From an uncultured Gammaproteobacteria bacterium (lineage in GTDB: Bacteria > Pseudomonadota > Gammaproteobacteria > Arenicellales > JAANXG01), in assembly GCA_947259955.1 (NCBI GenBank), contig CAMYOI010000004.1, positions 1 to 52,559 on the forward strand: DNA of 52,559 nt, given 5' to 3'. How positions within the stretch are numbered: position 1 is the first letter of the stretch; every line of letters begins with the position of its first letter. The notes under the pieces were generated by a model. It was not told the DNA's origin. It saw nothing but the letters and a program-made list of their open reading frames with translations, and did no database searches. Positions 22,278 through 32,660 of the stretch are shown here, piece after piece. The position numbers were made by a program, and so were the translations under genes.

Positions 22278-23231
22278 ATGACCATACGCCTCGGAGTGGT
22301 CATGGATCCAGTCGAATCCGTCAACACCGCAAAAGACTCCACCTATGCGATGTTGCGCGAAGCGCAGAAGAGAAACTGGATCATCGAGTACATGGAAATG
22401 AACGACATGTATCTCTACGAGGGAAAGGCGCGCGCGCGCTTGAGGCGCCTCGAATTTCAGTTCGACGGTGATCCATGGTATCGCTTGTCCGACGTCAGTG
22501 ACAGCGACCTCGCGATACTCGACGCCATCCTGATGCGCAAGGATCCCCCCTTCGACACGGAGTACATTTACTGCTCTTACATCCTCGAGCGGGCTGAATA
22601 CGCCGGTGTGCTCGTGGTCAACAAGCCGCAGGCACTGCGCGATGCAAATGAAAAAATGTTCACGGCCTGGTTTCCCGAGTGTACGCCACCTACGCTGGTT
22701 ACACGAGAGTATCAGGACATCAGGGCCTTTCTGGAGAAACATCAGGATATCATCCTGAAGCCGCTGGAAGGCATGGGAGGGGCTTCCGTTTTTCGCGTCG
22801 GCAAAGCGGACCCGAACCTAAGCGTGATCATGGAAGTCCTGACGCATCATCAGAGCCGGTACATCATGGCACAAAGTTTTATTGAGGAAATAAGTGAAGG
22901 CGACAAACGCGTCCTCATGATCAATGGAGAACCCGTACCCTATGCACTGGCCCGCGTCCCGGCGCCGGGCGAACTCAGGGGAAATCTTGCGGCGGGGGCG
23001 AAAGGCATTGGCAAACTTCTGTCCGAGCGCGACCTGTGGATTTGCGAACAGGTCGGTCCGGTGCTGAAAGAAAAAGGCATCGTGTTTTCCGGCCTCGACA
23101 TCATCGGGGACTTTCTGACCGAAATCAACGTGACCAGTCCGACCGGTATCAGGGAACTGGATCGAATCTACGACCAGAACATTGGCGGTAAGCTCCTGGA
23201 CGCAATTGAGACATTGATCCAGGATCGTTAG
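22278..23231 (+). CDS. gshB: Glutathione synthetase
   Basis: VVMDP, RKDPPFD, KPLEGMGG, EINVTSPTG. Confidence 0.96.
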   Translation: MTIRLGVVMDPVESVNTAKDSTYAMLREAQKRNWIIEYMEMNDMYLYEGKARARLRRLEFQFDGDPWYRLSDVSDSDLAILDAILMRKDPPFDTEYIYCSYILERAEYAGVLVVNKPQALRDANEKMFTAWFPECTPPTLVTREYQDIRAFLEKHQDIILKPLEGMGGASVFRVGKADPNLSVIMEVLTHHQSRYIMAQSFIEEISEGDKRVLMINGEPVPYALARVPAPGELRGNLAAGAKGIGKLLSERDLWICEQVGPVLKEKGIVFSGLDIIGDFLTEINVTSPTGIRELDRIYDQNIGGKLLDAIETLIQDR

Positions 23232-23251
23232 TCAGCAGGGAACACCAGCTC

Positions 23252-24154
23252 TTGGAACTTGCCGAAAACATCCCGGGATTTAGCAGCAGCGACCGGCTTG
23301 GCCTGACCACATTTGGCTCGATCCTGTTTCACATGGTGATCATCCTGGGCATCAGCTTCACGGTGCCCCAACTGACCTCGCAAACCGACCCGCTGCCCAC
23401 CCTCGAAATCACCCTGGTCAATTCGCGCAGCGACACCGAGCCCGAAAGGGCGGATTTCCTGGCCCAGGCCAATCAGGATGGCGGCGGTGATTCCGACGCA
23501 CCCGTGATTGCAAGAAGCCCGCTGCCCATGGAACCCAAGCCGGTGACGTCTAAAAGCCTACCCGTTGCCCGCATCGAGTCGCCGCCGCTGCCGGATTCGG
23601 CCAGGCCGGAACCCAGGGTACTGACCCAGGACGTGGATGCGCCGACCAAACTTGCCGTGCTGGATCCCCAGAAGCCAAAAAAACGTGCGGCCGAACAGAA
23701 GGCGAAAACGGGCTTGATCCAGAAACAGATCACGCAAAAGGAACGCTCCCGGCTAAGTGCGGAAATAAGCCAGTTTTGGGATGAATATCAGAAGCGCCCC
23801 CGCCGCAAGTTTCTGAGCGCCCGGACCAAGGAGTACAAGTATGCAACGTATATGGAAGCATGGCGGGCAAAAGTTGAAACGGTGGGCAACCTAAATTACC
23901 CGGAACAGGCCAAAAAACAAAAAATCACCGGGCAACTCGTGCTGGATGTAGAGATCACGGCGAATGGAAGTATCCACGCCATCAATATCATTAGGCCGTC
24001 CGGATTCAAAGTACTGGACGATGCCGCGGTCAGAATCGTAAGACTATCGGCTCCCTTCAAGCCGTTCCCGAGAAATATCAGGGAAGAGGTCGACATTCTG
24101 CATATTACCCGTACCTGGCAGTTCGTCCGGGGCAACAAACTTACCAGCCGCTAG
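23252..24154 (+). CDS. tonB: TonB family protein (TonB3-like)
   Basis: N-terminal TM with SxxxH, Pro-rich linker, NYPEQA...LDDAAVRIV C-domain. Same position as P. aeruginosa tonB3. Confidence 0.88.
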   Translation: MELAENIPGFSSSDRLGLTTFGSILFHMVIILGISFTVPQLTSQTDPLPTLEITLVNSRSDTEPERADFLAQANQDGGGDSDAPVIARSPLPMEPKPVTSKSLPVARIESPPLPDSARPEPRVLTQDVDAPTKLAVLDPQKPKKRAAEQKAKTGLIQKQITQKERSRLSAEISQFWDEYQKRPRRKFLSARTKEYKYATYMEAWRAKVETVGNLNYPEQAKKQKITGQLVLDVEITANGSIHAINIIRPSGFKVLDDAAVRIVRLSAPFKPFPRNIREEVDILHITRTWQFVRGNKLTSR

Positions 24155-24286
24155 TGTACCCCGTCGTAAATTCTGTGGCATTCAGAGCCCCCCAAAAACA
24201 CGGGGACAAGGCGCGCCTCGCAGGCAATATCCAGATATTGACCAGAGGGGCAACGCCGTGGTCGTGGTTTTGGGGGATCTCCCGCA
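24151..24286 (+). mobile_element. Half copy of MITE family 1 (one TIR plus one structured module)
   Basis: Closely matches the reverse complement of about 44194-44329. Begins CTAG-TGTACCCCGTCGTAAAT at the tonB stop; no second TIR. Confidence 0.85.
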
Positions 24287-24320
24287 CCAAGTGGGTCGGA
24301 TACCTGATATTATTGCTCCC

Positions 24321-24740
24321 ATGGAAGGAACACACTCCCTGGCAAACCACTTCCTCATCCGTGCGATTTCGGTCAAGTCAGATGCGCGGGTCTATTATGG
24401 CGGGCCGGTCCAGATGGAGCGCGGCTTCATCCTGCACGAAGAGATCGGGGACTGGGACTCCACTCTCAAAGTCAGCGACCAGACGGCTCTCACCACCTCC
24501 AGGGATATACTGGAGGCAATGGCCAGAAATGCCGGACCGGACCGGGCCCTGCTAGCCCTTGGATATGCCGGGTGGGGAGAGGGGCAGCTGGAACGCGAGA
24601 TCACGGAAAACGCGTGGTTGCACCTGCCCGCGGACAACGAACTGATGTTCTCCACACCGGTGCATCAGCGCTGGGAAGAGGCCGCCGCACTGCTGGGCGT
24701 TGATTTGAGCCTGCTATCCACCGACGCGGGACACGCTTGA
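24321..24740 (+). CDS. yqgE: YqgE/AlgH family protein, apparently internally deleted (139 aa)
   Basis: LANHFLI...VYYGGPVQMERGFILH, LGYAGWGEGQLERE, AGHA* end. The conserved N-terminal block is missing. Confidence 0.8.
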   Translation: MEGTHSLANHFLIRAISVKSDARVYYGGPVQMERGFILHEEIGDWDSTLKVSDQTALTTSRDILEAMARNAGPDRALLALGYAGWGEGQLEREITENAWLHLPADNELMFSTPVHQRWEEAAALLGVDLSLLSTDAGHA

Positions 24741-25207
24741 CGTTAACCGGGACCGGCTCCGGAAGGCGCCTTTCAAATCTGACCTACCTCGGCTTCGACT
24801 ATGGAGCAAGAAAAATCGGCATCGCCGTGGGGCAGGCACTGACCCGCACCGCCCGGGAGCTGGATACCGTGCGGGTCAAGGGATCATCACCCGACTGGCG
24901 GCGCATATCCGAACACGTCGAGGCCTGGCGGCCGGCCGCATTCGTCGTTGGATTGCCTCTCGACACCCGGGGTGACGAGACCAACATGAGCCGGCTTGCG
25001 AGACGATTTGGGCAAACGCTGGCGAACCGCTACAATCTGGAAGTGTATTGGGTCAACGAGTTCTTGAGCACCGAAGCTGCGCGTCAAGCCCTGTCCGCGC
25101 AGGATAGACGAAGCGCTGTTGCAAAAAAGGATCAGGTCGCCGCAAGGCTGATCCTCGAAACGTTCTTGAACGAACAACACCTCGCCCGAAAGGATACTTC
25201 GAATTGA
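24737..25207 (+). CDS. ruvX: Holliday junction resolvase-like / pre-16S rRNA nuclease RuvX (YqgF)
   Basis: LGFDYGARKIGIAVG, VVGLP, NEFLST, DQVAARLILE. Confidence 0.92.
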   Translation: MTLTGTGSGRRLSNLTYLGFDYGARKIGIAVGQALTRTARELDTVRVKGSSPDWRRISEHVEAWRPAAFVVGLPLDTRGDETNMSRLARRFGQTLANRYNLEVYWVNEFLSTEAARQALSAQDRRSAVAKKDQVAARLILETFLNEQHLARKDTSN

Positions 25208-25701
25208 AGCCTGAACTGAACTTGGACCACCTCGTACGGACCATGGAAAATGGTCTAAGGGAATATCTCAATCTCGATCCGCTGATGATCGGCATCCACA
25301 CCGGGGGCGTCTGGATTGCCGAGTCGCTGCATCGAACACTGCAGATGAGCGAGCCCCTTGGCACGCTGGACATCAGTTTCTATCGCGATGATTTTACACG
25401 CATCGGTGTGCACCCGGAGGTAAAGGCATCCCATCTTCCCGTGGACGTCAATGACAGGCATGTCTTGCTGATCGATGACGTGTTGCACACTGGCAGAACC
25501 ACCCGCGCCGCGATGAACGTTATCTTCGATTACGGAAGACCCGGCTCCATCAAACTGGCCGTGCTGGTAGAAAGGAATGGCCGCGAACTTCCGGTGCAGC
25601 CCGATGTGGTCGGAACAAGCCTGCGCCTGGATGCAAGGCAGCACGTCAAACTGAGCGGACCCGAAAGCCTGTCCCTGAATATCGCCGAGAAGGCCGCGTG
25701 A
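25204..25701 (+). CDS. pyrR: Pyrimidine regulatory protein PyrR / UPRTase
   Basis: [31 protein letters not shown]. Confidence 0.92.
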   Translation: MKPELNLDHLVRTMENGLREYLNLDPLMIGIHTGGVWIAESLHRTLQMSEPLGTLDISFYRDDFTRIGVHPEVKASHLPVDVNDRHVLLIDDVLHTGRTTRAAMNVIFDYGRPGSIKLAVLVERNGRELPVQPDVVGTSLRLDARQHVKLSGPESLSLNIAEKAA

Positions 25702-26669
25702 AAGGCGACATGCAATACGACAGCAGCGGAAGGCTGCGACACTTCCTGACCATAGAAGGACTGGAGAGGGAGACATTGGTTCATATTCTGGATACGGCCG
25801 AAACGTTCATCAGCTTCGGCGAGCGGGAGATAAAGAAAGTACCCATCCTTCGCGGCAAAACCGTCGTCAATCTTTTTTTCGAGAACAGCACCCGAACCAG
25901 GACCACTTTCGAGATTGCGGCCAAGCGCCTGTCGGCGGATGTGATCAACCTGAATCCAACCCGCCTGTCGACGAGCAAAGGCGAGTCCGTTCTCGACACC
26001 GTGCGAAACCTGGAGGCGATGCATACGGATCTGTTCGTGGTGAGGGATGCCCACAGCGGCGCCGCCTATCTGATCGCGCAGCACGTCCCTTCTCACGTTG
26101 CAATCATCAATGCGGGCGACGGACGCCACGCTCACCCCACCCAGGCCATGCTGGACGTATTTACCATCCGCCAGCACAAACACGAATTCAAAAATCTTCG
26201 GGTTGCGATCGTCGGGGATATCCTGCATTCCAGGGTGGCGCGCTCGCAAATTCATGCCCTAAATATACTGGGCACGCCGGAGGTTCGCGTCGTAGCGCCC
26301 AAAACCCTGCTTCCCACGGAGGTGGAGCGACTGGGCGTACACCCTTACACCGACATGCGTCGGGGCCTCAAGGACGTGGACGTGGTGATCATGCTGCGTC
26401 TGCAGCTGGAGCGCATGCAAGGGACCCTGATTGCCAGCGAGCAGGAATACTTCAATCTCTATGGATTGACCGAGGACAAACTGGCCCAGGCCAAACCCGA
26501 TGCACTGGTCATGCATCCCGGCCCAATCAATCGCGGCCTGGAGATTGCCTCAGATGTGGCGGACGGCCCGCAATCGGTGATACTGGACCAGGTTACCAAC
26601 GGAATTGCGGTGCGCATGTCCATTATGGCGATGGTCATGGGCGGCCAGGCCGGGAGGAAGAAAGCCTGA
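25698..26669 (+). CDS. pyrB: Aspartate carbamoyltransferase catalytic subunit
   Basis: [21 protein letters not shown]. Confidence 0.96.
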   Translation: MKGDMQYDSSGRLRHFLTIEGLERETLVHILDTAETFISFGEREIKKVPILRGKTVVNLFFENSTRTRTTFEIAAKRLSADVINLNPTRLSTSKGESVLDTVRNLEAMHTDLFVVRDAHSGAAYLIAQHVPSHVAIINAGDGRHAHPTQAMLDVFTIRQHKHEFKNLRVAIVGDILHSRVARSQIHALNILGTPEVRVVAPKTLLPTEVERLGVHPYTDMRRGLKDVDVVIMLRLQLERMQGTLIASEQEYFNLYGLTEDKLAQAKPDALVMHPGPINRGLEIASDVADGPQSVILDQVTNGIAVRMSIMAMVMGGQAGRKKA

Positions 26670-27949
26670 TGGGCCTGGTCATCACCAATGGCCGCGTGAT
26701 CGATCCTGCCAACGATGTCGACGGCGTCAATACGCTGTACATCCACGACGGATTCATCGCCGGAGTGGGCGACCCACCGACGGATTTCGAAACAGAGCGC
26801 GAAATCGATGCATCGGGGCTGATTGTCTGCCCCGGTCTGATAGACATCAGAGCGAGGCTGCGCGAACCGGGCCAGGAGTACAAGGCAACGCTGGACAGCG
26901 AGCTATCCGCCGCAATTGCCGGCGGCATTACGACACTTTGCATCCCGCCGGACACTGATCCCGTTATCGATAACCCGGCTATGGCGCAGATGATCCAGCA
27001 GAGGGCGTGGCAGATCGGTAAAAGCTTCATCCATCCCCTTGGCGCGCTCACGCAAGGGCTCAAGGGTGAATCACTGACCAACATGCATGCACTCGGTGGT
27101 GCGGGTTGCGTCGGCGTAAGCAACGCCTTGGCCCCGGTCAAGGACACGGTAGTGATGCGAAGGGCTATGCAATACGCCTGCACTTTCGACCTGACGGTAT
27201 TTTTAAACTCCCAGGATCCCTGGCTTCGCGGTAACGGTGTCGTCCACGAGGGGGAAATCAGCACCCGGTTGGGCCTGCCGGCCATACCGGAAGCAGCGGA
27301 AACCGTCGGTGTTGCCCGAGATCTGGCGCTGATTGAAACCACATACGCACGCTGTCATTTCAACGGTCTTTCCACCGCCCGGGCAGTCGATATGCTGGCT
27401 CATGCCAAATCGGTCGGCCTGCCAGTGACCGCGGATGTCACCGCTCACCATCTTCACCTCACCGAGCACGACATCGGTTTTTTCAACACGCTTTGCCACG
27501 TATCGCCCCCGCTGCGGGGCCAGCGCGACAGGGACAGATTGAGGAGCGCGTTGAAGGAAGGTGTAATCAGTGCAATCTGCTCCGATCACCAGCCCCACGA
27601 ACCTGACGCTAAACTGACGCCATTCAGTGAATCGGAGCCCGGCATATCGGGCCTGGAAACCCTGTTACCCTTGACCCTGAAACTGGTCGAGGACGGGCTA
27701 TTGGATATGCCGGAAGCCATCTCACTGCTAACCGCCAATCCGGCCAGAATTCTGGGCATAGACAGTGGCCACCTGGGCGTCGGCGCGACGGCCGACATCT
27801 GCATCTTTGATTGGGACGAACACTGGGTCCTGGACCGGAAGAAAATGGTCAGCCGGGGTAAAAACAATCCATTCCAAAACTGGGAGTTCAGAGGCCGGGT
27901 GACACACACCCTGGTCGGCGGCGAACCGGCATACGACAGACCGGGCTAG
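26669..27949 (+). CDS. pyrC: Dihydroorotase-like protein, probably non-catalytic PyrC'
   Basis: Amidohydrolase motifs (PGLID, SDHQPH, PGISGLET) present, but HxH is replaced by RAR (DIRARLREPG). Confidence 0.85.
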   Translation: MGLVITNGRVIDPANDVDGVNTLYIHDGFIAGVGDPPTDFETEREIDASGLIVCPGLIDIRARLREPGQEYKATLDSELSAAIAGGITTLCIPPDTDPVIDNPAMAQMIQQRAWQIGKSFIHPLGALTQGLKGESLTNMHALGGAGCVGVSNALAPVKDTVVMRRAMQYACTFDLTVFLNSQDPWLRGNGVVHEGEISTRLGLPAIPEAAETVGVARDLALIETTYARCHFNGLSTARAVDMLAHAKSVGLPVTADVTAHHLHLTEHDIGFFNTLCHVSPPLRGQRDRDRLRSALKEGVISAICSDHQPHEPDAKLTPFSESEPGISGLETLLPLTLKLVEDGLLDMPEAISLLTANPARILGIDSGHLGVGATADICIFDWDEHWVLDRKKMVSRGKNNPFQNWEFRGRVTHTLVGGEPAYDRPG

Positions 27950-29062
27950 TCAGAAAGTAACGTTGCGCAGGGTATCGCCCAACTCACCGCCTTCCGTACT
28001 CTTGCTCTCGAGCTTGATCTTGAGCCTCAGATCGTTTTGCGATTCGGCATTCTTGATCGCCTCGTCATACGAAATCAAACCTTTCTCGAACAGATCGAAC
28101 AGGGACTGATCGTAGGTCATCATGCCGTGCTCGGTTGAGCGTTCCATCACATCGTGAATCTCGTCGATTTTTCCCTTGAGGATCAGATCCGCAATCAGCG
28201 GGGTGTTGATCAATATTTCTACCGCCGGCACCCGTCCCTTGCCGTGTTTTATCGGCAGCAGCCGCTGCGAGATCATCGCCTTAAGGTTCATCGACATATC
28301 CATTAGCAGCTGGGCGCGGCGCTCTGATGGAAAGAAGTTGATGACCCGGTCCATGGCCTGGTACGTGTTGTTGGCATGCAGCGTGGAAATACACAGGTGT
28401 CCGGTTTCGGCAAACACGATTGCATTGTCCATGGTTTCACGATGTCGTATCTCACCGATCTGGATGACATCCGGCGCCTGCCTCATCGCATTGGTAAGTG
28501 CCGCCTCCCAGGACTCCGTGTCCACGCCGATCTCGCGCTGTGTGACAATGCAGTTCTTGTGTTCATGGACGAATTCGATCGGGTCTTCGACGGTTATGAT
28601 ATGCCCGTAGTCCTGTTCATTCCGATATCCCACCATCGCGGCCATCGATGTGCTCTTGCCGGTGCCGGTGCCACCGACAAAAATGCACAGGCCGCGCTTG
28701 GTCATCGCGATGTCCTTCATGATCGGCGGCAGATACAGTTCCTCGAACTTCGGTATATAAGTCTGAATGGTTCTCAGCACCATGCCCACCCGGGACTGCT
28801 GGACGAAGATATTTACCCTAAAGCGCCCTATTTCCTGGGGATTCAGCGCGAAGTTGCATTCGTTGGAGGCCTCGAATCGCCTGCGCTGCTCTTCGTTCAT
28901 GACGCTGTAGGCCAGGTCCCTGGAATTTTCAGGGGTGAGGGCCTGCTTGGTGATGGGAAATATCTTTCCGTCCACTTTGAGGCTTGGCGGGACACCGGCG
29001 GTGATAAAAAGGTCGGAGGCCTTCTTGTGCACCATCAATTTAAGGAAATCGGTGAAGACCAT
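27950..29062 (-). CDS. pilU: Type IV pilus retraction ATPase PilU
   Basis: GGTGTGKST, EDPIEF, RQAPDVIQIGEIR, STLHANN. Confidence 0.94.
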   Translation of the reverse strand: MVFTDFLKLMVHKKASDLFITAGVPPSLKVDGKIFPITKQALTPENSRDLAYSVMNEEQRRRFEASNECNFALNPQEIGRFRVNIFVQQSRVGMVLRTIQTYIPKFEELYLPPIMKDIAMTKRGLCIFVGGTGTGKSTSMAAMVGYRNEQDYGHIITVEDPIEFVHEHKNCIVTQREIGVDTESWEAALTNAMRQAPDVIQIGEIRHRETMDNAIVFAETGHLCISTLHANNTYQAMDRVINFFPSERRAQLLMDMSMNLKAMISQRLLPIKHGKGRVPAVEILINTPLIADLILKGKIDEIHDVMERSTEHGMMTYDQSLFDLFEKGLISYDEAIKNAESQNDLRLKIKLESKSTEGGELGDTLRNVTF

Positions 29063-30141
29063 CAGCGGCGACGCCCCCCGGCAACCGCTTGTGCAGCCGG
29101 TCCCGAGGCAAATTTCTTCTTGTCCATCGCCACGTTCCTTGCGGCATCAACGGAGACGATCCGGTTTCGCACGAGATCCAGCAAGTGCTGATCCAGTGTC
29201 TGCATACCTTCCTCGTGGCTGGTCTGTATCACAGAATACATCTGCGGGACCTTGGCTTCGCGGATCAGATTACGTATTGCGGAATTCGCTATCATGATCT
29301 CCCATGCCGCAACGCGGCCACTGCCCGTCTTCTTCAACAGCGCCTGGGATATAACCGCCGTCAGCGACTCGGACAACATGGTCCTCACCATGTCTTTTTC
29401 ACCGGAGGGAAACACGTCGATGATCCGGTCTATGGTCTTGGCCGCCGAACTGGTATGCAGTGTCGCAAACACTAGGTGGCCGGTTTCGGCGGCGGTCAGC
29501 GCCAGCCGAATGGTTTCCAGATCCCGCATCTCGCCGACGAGAACGATGTCCGGGTCTTCCCGAAGAGCGGAGCGCAGCGCTTCGCCAAAACCCAGGGTAT
29601 GCGGTCCAAGTTCACGCTGATTGACCAGACAGTTCTTGGAAGCGTGTACGAATTCTATGGGGTCCTCGATGGTCAGGATGTGCGCGAACCGACTTTCGTT
29701 CACAAAATTCACCATCGCCGCCAGGGTCGTGGACTTGCCCGAACCGGTAGGACCGGTCACCAGCACCAGTCCCCGGGGTTTCAGACTCATGTCCCTGAAC
29801 ACCTGGGGTGCGTTGATCTGATCCAGGTCCCACACCATCCCGGGAATGGTCCTGAACACCGCGGCCGGACCCCGGTTCTGATTGAACGCATTCACTCGAA
29901 ACCGGGCAATATTGGGCAGTTCGAAAGAAAAGTCTGTTTCCAGGAATTCCTCGAAGGCCTTTTGCTGCTTGTCGTTCATTATGTCGTAAATCATCCGGTG
30001 AACGGCACGATCGTCCAATGAATCGATATTTATCCTTTTTATGTCGCCATCTACACGAATAACCGGAGGCATGCCGGCCGACAAATGCAGATCCGAAGCG
30101 TTCTTCTTAAAAGCAAAAGCCAGTAATTCTGATATATCCAT
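29062..30141 (-). CDS. pilT: Type IV pilus retraction ATPase PilT
   Basis: GPTGSGKSTT, LREDPD, TLHT, AIRNLIRE. Confidence 0.96.
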   Translation of the reverse strand: MDISELLAFAFKKNASDLHLSAGMPPVIRVDGDIKRINIDSLDDRAVHRMIYDIMNDKQQKAFEEFLETDFSFELPNIARFRVNAFNQNRGPAAVFRTIPGMVWDLDQINAPQVFRDMSLKPRGLVLVTGPTGSGKSTTLAAMVNFVNESRFAHILTIEDPIEFVHASKNCLVNQRELGPHTLGFGEALRSALREDPDIVLVGEMRDLETIRLALTAAETGHLVFATLHTSSAAKTIDRIIDVFPSGEKDMVRTMLSESLTAVISQALLKKTGSGRVAAWEIMIANSAIRNLIREAKVPQMYSVIQTSHEEGMQTLDQHLLDLVRNRIVSVDAARNVAMDKKKFASGPAAQAVAGGRRR

Positions 30142-30405
30142 CTAAGATTCCCCACCCGAATCAATGGGCATGTGGCGATTTAGACAATGTTCGTTTATCT
30201 TCCCTGCAACAAAGTATAACAGCGCAACCGCAATGCACAACGCCCGGCAACCCCCGGCCCGCCTCCGGCGGATTGGTATCATCGACAAATTCAAAGTTTT
30301 CAGGCATCCAGGGTCAATAGAACCGGTTATTTTCAAGGCTACGGGACGATGCGCGTGCCATGCACCGAAAAGCGGCCTCGTTCATGCGATCATAGACCTC
30401 TAAAA

Positions 30406-31110
30406 ATGACCGTAACACCGCAGGAAAGATTGCAGCAGGTACGAGACAGGATCATCCAGGCTGAGAAACGCTACGGAAGGCCCCCTGGCAGTGTGCGGCT
30501 GATTGGTGTGGGCAAAGTGCACACAGCTGAATCCATTCGAGGGCTGGTAGTGCTCGGCCTCGATGATATCGGCGAAAGCTACGTTCAGGAGGCCCTGTCA
30601 AAGCAGCAATTGCTGCGGGACCTGGCGATAACCTGGCATTACATAGGACACATCCAGAGTAACAAAACCCGTGAAATCGCTGAACACTTCGACTGGGTAC
30701 ACAGTGTTGACAGGATAAAAATTGCCCGCCGGCTTTCGGAACAACGCCCGGCGGAAAAACCTGATCTCGACATCTGCTTGCAGGTCAACCTGCAGGACGA
30801 GGCGTCCAAGAGCGGCTTCAGAAAAAATGATGTGTATACTGCCGCGGACGCGATCCAAAACCTGCCCCGCGTCCGGCTGCGCGGCTTGATGGCGATACCC
30901 AGGGCAAGCGACGATTTCATCGAGCAGCGGGCGGCATTCGCCCAGGTTCGTTGTTTATGCAAAGCGCTCACCAGCAGGGGGTACGCTCTGGACACCTTGT
31001 CCATGGGAATGAGCGGCGATATGGAAGCGGCCATTGCCGAGGGTTCGACCATGGTGCGCATCGGTACGGCGCTGTTCGGTCCACGTCCCGTTCGCTCGAA
31101 CACGGAGTGA
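30406..31110 (+). CDS. yggS: PLP homeostasis protein YggS
   Basis: GESYVQE, WHYIGHIQSNK, LSMGMSGD, VRIGTALFG. Start moved to the ATG at 30406. Confidence 0.93.
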   Translation: MTVTPQERLQQVRDRIIQAEKRYGRPPGSVRLIGVGKVHTAESIRGLVVLGLDDIGESYVQEALSKQQLLRDLAITWHYIGHIQSNKTREIAEHFDWVHSVDRIKIARRLSEQRPAEKPDLDICLQVNLQDEASKSGFRKNDVYTAADAIQNLPRVRLRGLMAIPRASDDFIEQRAAFAQVRCLCKALTSRGYALDTLSMGMSGDMEAAIAEGSTMVRIGTALFGPRPVRSNTE

Positions 31111-31190
31111 GCGCCGAGGACAAAATCCGTATCCCGGAATTCGTAAACGAGGCACATTTTGAGATAGGTTTTAGAAAATAGAGACAGACT

Positions 31191-32042
31191 ATGTCAGATA
31201 ATACATTGGGTTTTATTGGCGGCGGCAACATGGCCCGCAGCATGATTGGGGGGCTCGTCAACATGGGCCGGGCGAAAAACACGATCAAGGTTTCGGAACC
31301 CGATCCCCACAAACGAGAATATTTCGAGCAAACCCTCGGCGTCGAGGCGGTTGCGGAGAATCATCGGCTGTTGCCCGGCTGCGACATACTCATTCTCGCG
31401 GTCAAGCCCCAGGTCCTCAAACAGGCCCTGCAGCCCCTGCAGCCGCTTCTGTTGCAACACCGACCTCTGCTGCTCTCCATTGCGGCGGGTGTACGGGAAT
31501 CTGACATCGACAAGTGGTCAGGTGGTGGCCACGCTATCGTGCGAGCAATGCCGAATACGCCGGCACTGGTCGGCTCGGGAGCAACCGGGCTGTACGCGAA
31601 CCCGAAAGTGACCGCGGAACAGCGCGACCAGGCTGAATCGCTGATGCGGGCCGTAGGGGTGACGGTGTGGCTCGGGCAGGAATCTTTGCTCGATCACGTG
31701 ACGGCGCTGTCCGGCAGCGGGCCCGCGTACTTCATGCTGTTCATGGAAGCGCTGGAGCAGGCCGGGGTGGAACATGGGCTGGATCGTGACGTTGCCCATC
31801 TTTTGGTGATGGAAACCTGCCTGGGGGCAGCTAAACTTGCAATGGAAAGCGAGGAAGACCTCCCCGAGTTGAGGCGCCGCGTGACCTCCCCGGGTGGAAC
31901 AACGGAAAAAGCTTTGCAGGTAATGGAAAATGCCAATATAAACCGTATCATAAACGACGCCTTCAAAGCGGCTTCACGGCGTGCGGACGAACTTGGCAGG
32001 CAATTTGGGGAAAACAACTTAGGGGAAAACAGCAGTGGGTAA
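31191..32042 (+). CDS. proC: Pyrroline-5-carboxylate reductase
   Basis: FIGGGNMA, RAMPNTP, SGSGPAY, VTSPGGTT. Confidence 0.96.
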   Translation: MSDNTLGFIGGGNMARSMIGGLVNMGRAKNTIKVSEPDPHKREYFEQTLGVEAVAENHRLLPGCDILILAVKPQVLKQALQPLQPLLLQHRPLLLSIAAGVRESDIDKWSGGGHAIVRAMPNTPALVGSGATGLYANPKVTAEQRDQAESLMRAVGVTVWLGQESLLDHVTALSGSGPAYFMLFMEALEQAGVEHGLDRDVAHLLVMETCLGAAKLAMESEEDLPELRRRVTSPGGTTEKALQVMENANINRIINDAFKAASRRADELGRQFGENNLGENSSG

Positions 32043-32613
32043 TTACTTCAGTGATGCCGGCAGTTTTCTTATCGACACCGTCATCGGATTGTACATGCTG
32101 GCCGTCATCCTGCGATTCCTTTTACAGTGGGTGCGCGCCGATTTTTACAATCCCATCTCCCAGTTTCTGGTTACGGTGACCAATCCACCGCTTGTGTTTC
32201 TGCGGAGATTTATTCCCGGCTTTTTTGGTGTAGACCTGGCCTCCATCATCCTTTTGATCGTTCTTGCCATGATCAAGATCTATCTGATCTATGCAATTTC
32301 AGGGCTTACCCCCCACGTTTCCGGAGCACTGGTCATGGCGGTCGGAGAGATGATCCAGCTCGGTGTGTACGTGTTCATTTTTACGATGCTGATCCGGATT
32401 GTACTGAGCTGGATCCAGCCGGGAGGCTACAACCCCGTTCTGGTCCTGATCAATCAGCTGACCGAACCTCTGATGGCGCCGGCCAGACGCATCATCCCGC
32501 CCTTTGGCGGCCTCGACATTTCACCCATACTGGTGTTCATCTTTCTCTATCTCACTCTAATGCTGGTGGTGCGGCCGGTACTGGATTTCGGCCACATGCT
32601 GGCGTTACAGTAG
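32035..32613 (+). CDS. yggT: YggT family membrane protein
   Basis: ADFYNPISQF...TNPP and LTEPLMAP...GLDISP repeats. Confidence 0.92.
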   Translation: MGNYFSDAGSFLIDTVIGLYMLAVILRFLLQWVRADFYNPISQFLVTVTNPPLVFLRRFIPGFFGVDLASIILLIVLAMIKIYLIYAISGLTPHVSGALVMAVGEMIQLGVYVFIFTMLIRIVLSWIQPGGYNPVLVLINQLTEPLMAPARRIIPPFGGLDISPILVFIFLYLTLMLVVRPVLDFGHMLALQ

Positions 32614-32660
32614 ATCGTGGCAAACCGATGTTGAAAGCAGATACGAGGGTCACGCGATAA

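Noticed and set aside
24258-24320. Longer upstream start for yqgE
   Set aside because: The extension begins inside MITE sequence; homology starts after the ATG at 24321.
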